UHGV virus genome: UHGV-0159603
Strand: one strand, 5' to 3'
Source: a virus
Length of the DNA: 42,855 nt
Shown one piece after another: positions 35,687 to 42,855 of the stretch. Numbering within the stretch: position 1 is the stretch's first letter; every line of letters starts with the position of its first letter. Both the position numbers and the translations under genes were made by a program. Under the pieces are notes generated by a model, which was not told the origin of the DNA, did not search any database, and was given only the letters and a program-made list of their open reading frames with translations.

Positions 35687-38347
35687 ATGACGGTCTCAAC
35701 CGAAGTTGACCACAACGAATACACCGGTAACGGCGTTACGACATCATTCCCTTATACATTCAGGGTTTTCAATAAATCTGATCTGGTAGTGCAGGTGATT
35801 GATCTTGACGAAAATATCACTGTACTGGCTCTTGATACTGATTACACGGTTACCGGCGCGGGAGGGTATAACGGTGGTAATGTAATTCTGTCGAAGGCGT
35901 TGGCTAACGGTTATCAGATTTCTATATCTCGAGAGCTACCGGTTACGCAGGAAACTGATCTGCGCAATCAGGGTAAGTTCTTTGCGGAAGTGCATGAGGA
36001 TGCTTTTGATAAGTTGACTATGCTAATCCAGAAATGCTTTAGTAAGCTTCGCCTGGCTCTTATGCGTCCATCATTTGTTGCTAATTATTATGATGCTCTT
36101 AATTATTACATCAGAAATGTAAGAGAGCCCTCTCAGCCAAGTGATGCTACAAATAAAAATTATGTTGATACGCTTGCAACTAACAATTTGAATAAAACTC
36201 TAAGAGTCCCAGAGGGATATATCCCAACTCTTCCTGTTGCAAATGTAAGAAAGAACAAAATTGTAGCAATGGATAATAGTGGTAATCCAATGATGGTTTT
36301 ACCTGAAAGCGGAAGTGCTGCTGATGTAATGATTGAATTAGCTAAGCCAACCGGTGCTGGGCTTATTGGGTTTAATGATATTACAGTATCTAAACAGCTT
36401 GAAATATTATTAAGCGAGTCGGCCCCTCTATTTCAGGGTCATATAAAAACCCTCGATTATTGGGCTGCCAAGATGCATGGCGGGGAAACCGTCAGAATTA
36501 CTTGCTATGGCGACTCGACAACAGACGGTAACGGTTCTACCGGGTGGACAGCAAACCCAACAACGCCGGTTTCTGGATTTGCATGGGATACCGCTCCCGT
36601 AGCAAATAGCGATCATAACTCAGAAGCGCCAAACGCATGGCCGGTTAAATTGCAAACCATTCTGCGGCAGTATCACCGCAACAATAATATCAGCGTTTAC
36701 AATGCCGGCTATAGTGGTCAGCAGATGCAGAATGGCTGGGCCAATTATTATTTCGAAAAAGCTGTGCTGCAAAACCCATACATCCCATCAAATCCGCAGA
36801 TTGTAATTATTGGTTTTGGGCTGAACGACATCACTGACGCAGGAAACAAGATCACTCAGCATATTGCTCAGACAATCGAGGTAATGAAAAAAGTTGTGGC
36901 GGCTGGCGCAACTCCGGTTTTGGTTACGTGTGACGCAAACTGGCGTTCATATAATGGCTGGAATTCCGGATCTACGGGTCGTGACAATGAAGAGGCAGCA
37001 GCGCAGATTGACGCTGCTAAAAAATACATGTCAGAAGTTCTTGGCGTCTCGATTATCGATCAGGACTTCATGCAAAAAAAATGGATGTCGAAAAATTCCG
37101 ACTATTCGAATCAGTACCAGTTACAACCAGACGGACTGCACTGGGGCGACACCGGTCACTCGATGAAGGCGGCATTTGTGGCACAGTCGTTTATGCCTGA
37201 CATTCTTCGCTGCTACGGTACAGATATTGAGCGCATCTGCTGGATGGACAGCAGAATGCGCTATGCCAAGAATTACACTTCAAGCTGGGTTCCCACCTCA
37301 GGCGAAGAGGGTTACCGTTATTCGAGATTCCCACGCATCTGGTATATCCAGGCTGCAGATTATGCAGGCAGCGAAGTCATCTTTGACTTTTTTGTTTGGA
37401 GTGAAGGCAACCAGGACTCATTGCTCTACCGTAACTTTGGCAACAGCAATATTGGTTCAGCTTACGCTGCCGAGCAACTTCCTCGCGTGAGGGTTTTCTC
37501 TCTCGGATCCACGACTGCATATTATGACAAAGAGCTACCGGATACCGGGGAGGATGAAGCATATATAAATGCCACCGATCGCCCCTTCTATCTGACAAAG
37601 CTCCGCTACGGACTTAACCGTATCCAGCTAATTGCGCCATCGACGAGCGGGGTCGGGGCGTTCTGGGGCGGCTGGTTTGAGTTCAATCCATTCTGGAAAG
37701 CCAAAGCCACGTTTGGTTACGTGAACAACTACGGCGCGCCAAACTATGTGCAGGTGAATGCGCTGGAGAAAACTGGTCCCCTCGATTTCCGGTTTGAGGC
37801 GGATACGGCGAATAACCGCGTGGCGTTTATGAACCCTGAAATGTTTGACGGAACGAACTGTGCTGATATCGGGCAGGTTGGTGATAAGGTCGAAATACTG
37901 GTTGAAGGTTTCTTCGATACCGATACGGGTTTCCTGTTCTTCGGCGGTAAATCCCTGAACCGTAATTCAGGCTCGACGGATAATAACCAGGAGGACAACT
38001 GCCTGCTCCTGTATGCCACATCGAAAACGTTTAACCTGCTCCAGTTGCGCTACCCATATCAAAGCTCTGCACCATACCCTCAAATCCAGACCGGTATTGA
38101 TGATGTTTACAGCGCGACGGACAGGGCTCGCAAGTTCCTTATTCGCTGTGAAAAGACTTCGCCGACAACGCAGACCATTAAGGTCTACGACGGGTGGGAG
38201 ACTATCGACACCCCTGTCCTGAACTATAAGGGAGACTGGATGCAGGGTAAGTTCTGCGGAGGTGGGATTATTGGTGGAGTTTACGCAACGAGAAACATTG
38301 CCAGGACGGTACGCGTCAGCCAACTATTAATTAGAAAATTTAAGTAG
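35687..38347 (+). CDS. Tail fiber/tailspike with T7 gp17-like N-terminal adaptor and SGNH/GDSL esterase domain
   Basis: N-terminus resembles T7 tail-fiber N-domain; GDS block (CYGDSTTDG), GLND block and DGLHWGD (DxxH) block of SGNH hydrolases. Confidence 0.7.
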   Translation: MTVSTEVDHNEYTGNGVTTSFPYTFRVFNKSDLVVQVIDLDENITVLALDTDYTVTGAGGYNGGNVILSKALANGYQISISRELPVTQETDLRNQGKFFAEVHEDAFDKLTMLIQKCFSKLRLALMRPSFVANYYDALNYYIRNVREPSQPSDATNKNYVDTLATNNLNKTLRVPEGYIPTLPVANVRKNKIVAMDNSGNPMMVLPESGSAADVMIELAKPTGAGLIGFNDITVSKQLEILLSESAPLFQGHIKTLDYWAAKMHGGETVRITCYGDSTTDGNGSTGWTANPTTPVSGFAWDTAPVANSDHNSEAPNAWPVKLQTILRQYHRNNNISVYNAGYSGQQMQNGWANYYFEKAVLQNPYIPSNPQIVIIGFGLNDITDAGNKITQHIAQTIEVMKKVVAAGATPVLVTCDANWRSYNGWNSGSTGRDNEEAAAQIDAAKKYMSEVLGVSIIDQDFMQKKWMSKNSDYSNQYQLQPDGLHWGDTGHSMKAAFVAQSFMPDILRCYGTDIERICWMDSRMRYAKNYTSSWVPTSGEEGYRYSRFPRIWYIQAADYAGSEVIFDFFVWSEGNQDSLLYRNFGNSNIGSAYAAEQLPRVRVFSLGSTTAYYDKELPDTGEDEAYINATDRPFYLTKLRYGLNRIQLIAPSTSGVGAFWGGWFEFNPFWKAKATFGYVNNYGAPNYVQVNALEKTGPLDFRFEADTANNRVAFMNPEMFDGTNCADIGQVGDKVEILVEGFFDTDTGFLFFGGKSLNRNSGSTDNNQEDNCLLLYATSKTFNLLQLRYPYQSSAPYPQIQTGIDDVYSATDRARKFLIRCEKTSPTTQTIKVYDGWETIDTPVLNYKGDWMQGKFCGGGIIGGVYATRNIARTVRVSQLLIRKFK

Positions 38348-38445
38348 GAATAAACTTAGGGTAACAATTATACGTATATGGTTTATTGTGTATGATGAAC
38401 TTTCCAACTAAGGGGGTTCTTTATGCACAATAAACGGTGGTTACT

Positions 38446-38850
38446 ATGGCAACCACGCTGACAACGGAGTCACTAAATCAGGGTCTTAGCCTGAGTGCGC
38501 TGGTTTCGGTGTTAGCGGGTGTGCCGCCAGAGGTGGCTTTAGGGGCGCTTGCCGGTGCGGTAATATTTGTCACCTCGGCGGTTGAGTACCCCATAAAGCG
38601 GCGGTTACTCCTGGCGTTTCTCAGCTTCTTCTGCGGCCTTCTCTTCTACAAAGCGACAGCATCAATTCTTATCGGCATAGCCAGCCTGATCCCTACCATC
38701 ACGCAGGACTCTTTTGAAAAAGGGATTGTTTTCTCTGCAGGCGCATTCGTGTCAGCAATTGTCGCTGTGCGTATTGGTATATGGCTCTATCACCGTTCCG
38801 ATAATCCACGCGAGTTAATTTCGGGGAGAAAAGACGATGGTAACGCATGA
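38446..38850 (+). CDS. Holin (multi-TM), possible dual start with GTG 38437
   Basis: Several hydrophobic helices, first gene of lysis cassette; GGTGG RBS before ATG 38446. Confidence 0.55.
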   Translation: MATTLTTESLNQGLSLSALVSVLAGVPPEVALGALAGAVIFVTSAVEYPIKRRLLLAFLSFFCGLLFYKATASILIGIASLIPTITQDSFEKGIVFSAGAFVSAIVAVRIGIWLYHRSDNPRELISGRKDDGNA

Positions 38851-39145
38851 GTTTTTTTTGCTTATCACCAATGCAGTTATTTGCACTGGCATAGCAATTC
38901 GCGTTGTCACATTCCGGCGTAACGGCTCTCAACATAGAAGGTGGGGAGGATGGCTTGCTTATTTCCTGATTGTTGCTGCGGCCAGTATTCCTGTTCGAGT
39001 CTCCTATGCAATCTGGTTACGTACGCCAATGGCTGTGGATTTATCTGAGGTCATTATCAACGCTGTCATGCTGGCTGCGGTTATTAAAACGCGCGGTAAC
39101 GTCGTTCAAATTTTTAAAGTATCGAGGTCTAAACATGGAGATTAA
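38837..39145 (+). CDS. Second small membrane protein of lysis cassette (holin/antiholin-like)
   Basis: 102 aa with two or three TM helices between holin and endolysin. Confidence 0.45.
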   Translation: MVTHEFFLLITNAVICTGIAIRVVTFRRNGSQHRRWGGWLAYFLIVAAASIPVRVSYAIWLRTPMAVDLSEVIINAVMLAAVIKTRGNVVQIFKVSRSKHGD

Positions 39146-39764
39146 ACAATTCCAGCGAGCTGCTGGTATCAGCGAGGCACTGGCCGCACGCTGGTTCTCG
39201 CATATAACTTCTGCGATGAAAGAGTTTGGTATCAGCAAAGCAGAAGATCAGGCAATGTTTATTGCTCAAGTCGGGCATGAGTCTGGGAGCTTCACCAGGT
39301 TGCAGGAGAATTTCAACTACAGTGTCAGCGGACTGGCTAACTTCGTTCGGGCTGGGCGTCTCACTCAGGGGCAGGCTAATGCACTGGGGCGCCGTGCTGG
39401 TGAACCACCATTGCCACTTGAGCGCCAGCGCGCGATCGCAAATCTGGTATACAACAAACGCATGGGGAACAATGCCCCTGGTGATGGCTGGAATTACCGA
39501 GGGCGCGGACTTATCCAGATTACCGGTTTGAATAACTATCGTGATTGCGGAAACGGTCTGAAGGTTGACCTGCTGGAGAGCCCTGAACTGCTGGCGCAGG
39601 ACGAATATGCGGCTCGTAGCGCGGCGTGGTTCTTCGCCAGCAAAGGATGCATGAAGTATACCGGCGATATTGCACGTGTAACTCTGATTATCAATGGTGG
39701 CCGGAACGGCATCGACGACCGGCGAGCGCGGTACATCACTGCCAGTAAGGTGCTGGCGGTATGA
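39135..39764 (+). CDS. Endolysin, glycoside hydrolase family 19 type
   Basis: AQVGHESGSF and NYRGRGLIQITG motifs characteristic of GH19 phage endolysins; ATG 39135 after GAGG. Confidence 0.7.
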   Translation: MEIKQFQRAAGISEALAARWFSHITSAMKEFGISKAEDQAMFIAQVGHESGSFTRLQENFNYSVSGLANFVRAGRLTQGQANALGRRAGEPPLPLERQRAIANLVYNKRMGNNAPGDGWNYRGRGLIQITGLNNYRDCGNGLKVDLLESPELLAQDEYAARSAAWFFASKGCMKYTGDIARVTLIINGGRNGIDDRRARYITASKVLAV

Positions 39765-40243
39765 TCTGGGCATTCGTAAAAGCATACTGGAAACAGTTGC
39801 TTATCGTGGCAGTGCTTGCTGTTCTGGTCATATCAGGAGTGGTTGCCTGGAATATACACGGCAGTCGCCAGTACGATGCCGGGTATGTTCAGGCGGAAGA
39901 AGACCGCAAAGCCGAAGAAGACAAAGTTCGTCAGTACTACGAACAGGAGAAAGTGACCAATGAACGTGAAGCTCAGCAGAGGATCGACCAGGCGCGCAAT
40001 GATGCTCTTGATGCTGCCGCTAGCGCTGGCCGGTTGCAGCAACAACTCTTTGCCATCCGTGAGCAGCTCAGGCAGTATAACGCCATTGTCGGCGCTGGGT
40101 CGTCAGCCGCAGACACCGGAGTTTTGCTTGCCGACGTGCTCAGCAAATCTCTCGAGAGAAACAGACAACTGGCAGAGTATGCTGACCGGGCAGCCGAAGC
40201 CGGAAGAGTCTGCGAAAAACAGTACGACACTTTGACCAGATAG
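39761..40243 (+). CDS. Rz-like i-spanin
   Basis: N-terminal TM helix then coiled-coil periplasmic domain; ATGA overlap with endolysin. Confidence 0.7.
   Translation: MIWAFVKAYWKQLLIVAVLAVLVISGVVAWNIHGSRQYDAGYVQAEEDRKAEEDKVRQYYEQEKVTNEREAQQRIDQARNDALDAAASAGRLQQQLFAIREQLRQYNAIVGAGSSAADTGVLLADVLSKSLERNRQLAEYADRAAEAGRVCEKQYDTLTR
39960..40235 (+). CDS. Rz1-like o-spanin lipoprotein embedded in +1 frame of Rz
   Basis: Signal peptide with lipobox LALAGC; AGGAGAAAG RBS; Pro-rich mature region. Confidence 0.65.
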   Translation: MNVKLSRGSTRRAMMLLMLPLALAGCSNNSLPSVSSSGSITPLSALGRQPQTPEFCLPTCSANLSRETDNWQSMLTGQPKPEESAKNSTTL

Positions 40244-40394
40244 CATGGCATTTTTCATGGTACTGATTTCCGGTGACGGTATATAAAACGGTACGGGGAA
40301 AATTGAGATTTGGAAAAATGTTATCACTCAATTGGTTATGGTTATCGTAAATAATTGAGTGGGAATGATTTGACCCTGCACTATGAATGAACAA

Positions 40395-40422
40395 AACCCT
40401 CTGTTACTACAGAGGGTTTTTT
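40395..40422. repeat. Right-end hairpin AACCCTCTG-ttactA-CAGAGGGTT plus T-run; candidate attR / host bidirectional terminator
   Basis: Near-identical to 47..80; lies between last phage gene and convergent host gene. Confidence 0.45.
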
Positions 40423-40460
40423 ATACTCACGAATCATAGGCTTGAAGTTACTGACATCGC

Positions 40461-41000
40461 TTAGTTAAACCAGCTGTCCGATTTGTTCTCTTCTGCTTTG
40501 CCCACGCTTTTCATCAGATCGCGACCGCCTTCAGTCATATTTCTGTTTGCGTCAGCTTCAGATTGCACCACATCGGTTTGCGCAGCTTTGTGCTTCAGTT
40601 CCTGATCGATAAATTCGTTTTCTCGCTTAACGCGGGCTTCTTCTTTCGCAAGCGCCAGTTTTTGTTTCTGAATCTCTAAGCTGCGTAGTTCATCTTCATA
40701 ACTTTGATCGCGTTTTTTGTCCGCAGTGGCTTCGGCGTCCAGTTTATCCTGACGAGCTTTCTTATTTGCCGCTGCCGTTGCCGCTCTTTTGTTAGCGGCG
40801 GCCTGGGCGTTTGCGCGACGTTGCTTCTCTTGCTGGATTTCCCTGTTGCGCTCCGCGACCCATTCGTCATGCTGCCTTTGCTCTTCATTTTTACCTTGCT
40901 GTTCCGCTTCTGCAACAGCAGAGAGTTGATCCTGCAATGATGAGGCGATAGCCGGATAGCTTAAGGAGGCTAAGATGGCGCAAAGAAAAACTTTCTTCAT
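40461..41000 (-). CDS. yfgI: Host periplasmic coiled-coil protein with signal peptide (YfgI-like by size and context)
   Basis: 179 aa, signal peptide, AGGAGG RBS; gene order 63-aa / 172-aa lipoprotein / 179-aa matches the E. coli yfgG-yfgH-yfgI arrangement as remembered. Confidence 0.5.
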   Translation of the reverse strand: MKKVFLCAILASLSYPAIASSLQDQLSAVAEAEQQGKNEEQRQHDEWVAERNREIQQEKQRRANAQAAANKRAATAAANKKARQDKLDAEATADKKRDQSYEDELRSLEIQKQKLALAKEEARVKRENEFIDQELKHKAAQTDVVQSEADANRNMTEGGRDLMKSVGKAEENKSDSWFN

Positions 41001-41015
41001 GACTCCTCCTGATTA

Positions 41016-41534
41016 TTAGCTCTTTTCAGGACATTTGGTATTTGGCTGAATACGCGTTTCGTTATACGTCGTGGTAATAACAACGGCTAAACCTGTCGTA
41101 AACTGGCACTCTTTACCCACCTGGGTGGAGGTATACACTTTGGTGCCTTCCTTATACGTTAGAGAAACACCTTCCACTAAGGTTTTATCATTCACCATAG
41201 AACCCGCTGCCGCGCCAACAGCTCCGCCGCCAACTGCACCTGCCGTCGTTCCGGAATTGCTGCCAGACCCCACGTTGTGGCCGATTACACCGCCAGCGAC
41301 TGCACCAATAAGCGCGCCGAAGGCTTGTGCGTTTCGTTTATTTTGGGAGTTGTCTACGGCAACTTTTGCGGGAAGAATGGAAATAATATTAACGGTTTTA
41401 GTTTCTTGTTTGGTATTCAGTTGATCGGTTTGATAAACATCGGCGGCATGATCATCAGCATTTGACTGGCATCCTGCCAGAGTGAATGACGCTAACATTG
41501 CCACAGGCAGAAGACATTTTTTAAATTTCATCAC
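41016..41534 (-). CDS. yfgH: Host outer-membrane lipoprotein with glycine-zipper domain (YfgH-like)
   Basis: Lipobox LAGC, Gly/Ala-rich glycine zipper (GALIGAVAGGVIG); 172 aa. Confidence 0.5.
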   Translation of the reverse strand: MMKFKKCLLPVAMLASFTLAGCQSNADDHAADVYQTDQLNTKQETKTVNIISILPAKVAVDNSQNKRNAQAFGALIGAVAGGVIGHNVGSGSNSGTTAGAVGGGAVGAAAGSMVNDKTLVEGVSLTYKEGTKVYTSTQVGKECQFTTGLAVVITTTYNETRIQPNTKCPEKS

Positions 41535-41844
41535 TATTCCTTGTTATACACATTACGAAAAATAAGACATTTAAGATCATCAAAAGAGGAAAGTAAATGT
41601 ATTGCGTATAAAGGAATAGATTAAATTTATTAAAATTCACGTGGAAAATAATTTATAAAAATACATCATTAAAACATATGTATTAATTTTATATTTATTT
41701 CGCAGCCAAACAGGATAAACATCAGTCAGGACAAAGACGTAAAATTTAAGATGAAAGAATATCTGCCGCTTTGATAATCCCAAAGAGCAAAAGCATCCGA
41801 CAGCGAGGTGCCGTTATGTTCTGTGAAAGTGGAGAAGGTAACCG

Positions 41845-42036
41845 CTAACGTTGTACCGGTGATTCGACGGAGAGTGTGGATTGCTGAGCTTCTTTTTTGC
41901 TCTGATGGTGCTGCCATGCACCGACGGACGAGTAGATAAAACGGCCAAAGAAGAAGATAAAGCTGATGAGCAGTACGATACGGGTCATGCGACTGTTAAA
42001 TCGGTGTCGTTTTCGCATACAGGTTGCCTGACTCAC
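41845..42036 (-). CDS. yfgG: Small host membrane protein (YfgG-like, 63 aa)
   Basis: Single TM helix (IVLLISFIFFFGRFIY); size and position consistent with yfgG. Confidence 0.4.
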   Translation of the reverse strand: MSQATCMRKRHRFNSRMTRIVLLISFIFFFGRFIYSSVGAWQHHQSKKEAQQSTLSVESPVQR

Positions 42037-42387
42037 AAAAGGTTCCTTGAAGTATGTCCCACGCTGTGGACGGTACTTACATTAAGGCACAACAGGACAA
42101 AATGGTCAATTCTTCGTTATGTAAAAAAGCGTCAGTGGATACATATTTTAATGTTATGGAAGTTAATTTAATTATTTACAATGATGATGTAATAATGATG
42201 AATTAACATGATAAACGTAATAATTCATTAATCAGGGTTATTTTGTTTGATATATATCAATTGGAACTTTCATATGACACTTAGAATCAATGCTCTCTAT
42301 AGTGATGAATAATCATCATTCGAAGTCAGGTGGGATGCCTGTCTGAATACACCTCCTTCAGGATGTGGGGGATTCTGCTGAGCATCT

Positions 42388-42810
42388 ATGAAACTGAATG
42401 CAACTTATATAAAAATACGTGATAAATGGTGGGGGCTTCCGCTGTTCCTGCCTTCTTTAATCTTGCCCATTTTCGGCCACATCAATACTTTCGCGCATAT
42501 TTCTTCCGGTGAGGTTTTTCTCTTTTATCTGCCTCTGGCACTGATGATCAGCATGATGATGTTTTTCAGCTGGGCGGCATTGCCAGGGATCGCCTTAGGG
42601 ATTTTTGTCCGCAAATATGCAGAGCTGGGTTTCTACGAAACGCTCTCATTAACGGCTAATTTTATTATCATTATCATTCTCTGTTGGGGCGGTTACAGGG
42701 TCTTTACTCCCCGGCGTAACAACGTTTCACATGGTGATACCCGTTTAATTTCCCAGCGTATACTCTGGCAGATTGTGTTTCCTGCAACGCTGTTTCTGCC
42801 CGTTTTCTAG
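42388..42810 (+). CDS. Membrane protein, MASE1-like N-terminal domain (resembles N-terminus of a c-di-GMP phosphodiesterase such as YfgF/PdeF); ORF stops after 140 codons
   Basis: Multiple TM helices; divergent from yfgG-like gene; in-frame stop at 42808-42810 before window end. Confidence 0.4.
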   Translation: MKLNATYIKIRDKWWGLPLFLPSLILPIFGHINTFAHISSGEVFLFYLPLALMISMMMFFSWAALPGIALGIFVRKYAELGFYETLSLTANFIIIIILCWGGYRVFTPRRNNVSHGDTRLISQRILWQIVFPATLFLPVF

Positions 42811-42855
42811 CTCAACACGAAACATTGCATTAGACAATGCTTCAACTATAACTCC

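Larger units (their letters stand above)
47..40422. mobile_element. Integrated temperate prophage (lambdoid early region plus T7-like virion module), about 40 kb
   Basis: Integrase at left end, lysis cassette at right end, host genes beyond 40461, imperfect direct repeats of a hairpin at both ends. Confidence 0.7.

Noticed and set aside
38348-38436. Degenerate dyad (ATAAA-CTTAG-GGTAA) upstream of the holin gene
   Set aside because: Left half-site matches only 2 of 5 positions; not counted as a TTACC-N5-GGTAA site.
40354-40368. Short ORF end encoding IIEWE-stop, reminiscent of the C-terminus of GMP synthase (guaA), which would neighbour yfgI
   Set aside because: Only 5 codons preceded by an in-frame stop and resting on memory of the GuaA C-terminus; cannot distinguish a gene remnant from coincidence without the host reference.
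1-42855. CRISPR arrays, rRNA genes, insertion sequences
   Set aside because: No regularly spaced direct repeats with unique spacers, no rRNA-like conserved segments and no transposase-like ORFs were seen.

Overview
The window is almost entirely one temperate prophage of about 40 kb (roughly 47..40422) with host genes on the right flank (40461..42810). The prophage is mosaic: a lambdoid-style early region (P4-type integrase, a leftward operon with Bet-like recombinase and PD-(D/E)XK exonuclease, divergent repressor/Cro-like pair, O-like initiator with in-gene iterons, lambda-P-like helicase loader, nin-like genes) joined to a T7-like podovirus morphogenesis module (terminase, gp8-like portal, scaffold, capsid, tail tubular A/B, three large internal virion proteins, tailspike with an SGNH esterase domain) and a lysis cassette (holin(s), GH19 endolysin, Rz with embedded Rz1). 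Protein identifications rest on remembered motifs and reference sequences (lambda P, Bet, T7 gp8/gp11/gp17), not on searches. The most unusual features are: (1) a 15-bp dyad motif TTACC-N5-GGTAA seen at least 16 times, clustered 3x between repressor and cro, 2x in the leftward-promoter region, and otherwise at the start of nearly every transcription unit; (2) a LexA-box-controlled 85-aa gene paralogous to the C-terminus of the adjacent Bro-N protein, next to a repressor with no visible autocleavage domain, suggesting antirepressor-mediated SOS induction; (3) AT-rich reverse-strand moron islands encoding membrane proteins of unknown function (14780..15598 beside a phage tRNA-Arg(UCU), and 33019..34094), which are the best candidates for an undescribed exclusion/defence function; (4) an identical 12-bp palindrome GTGACATGTCAC at both boundaries of the morphogenesis module. 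No CRISPR array or rRNA was seen.
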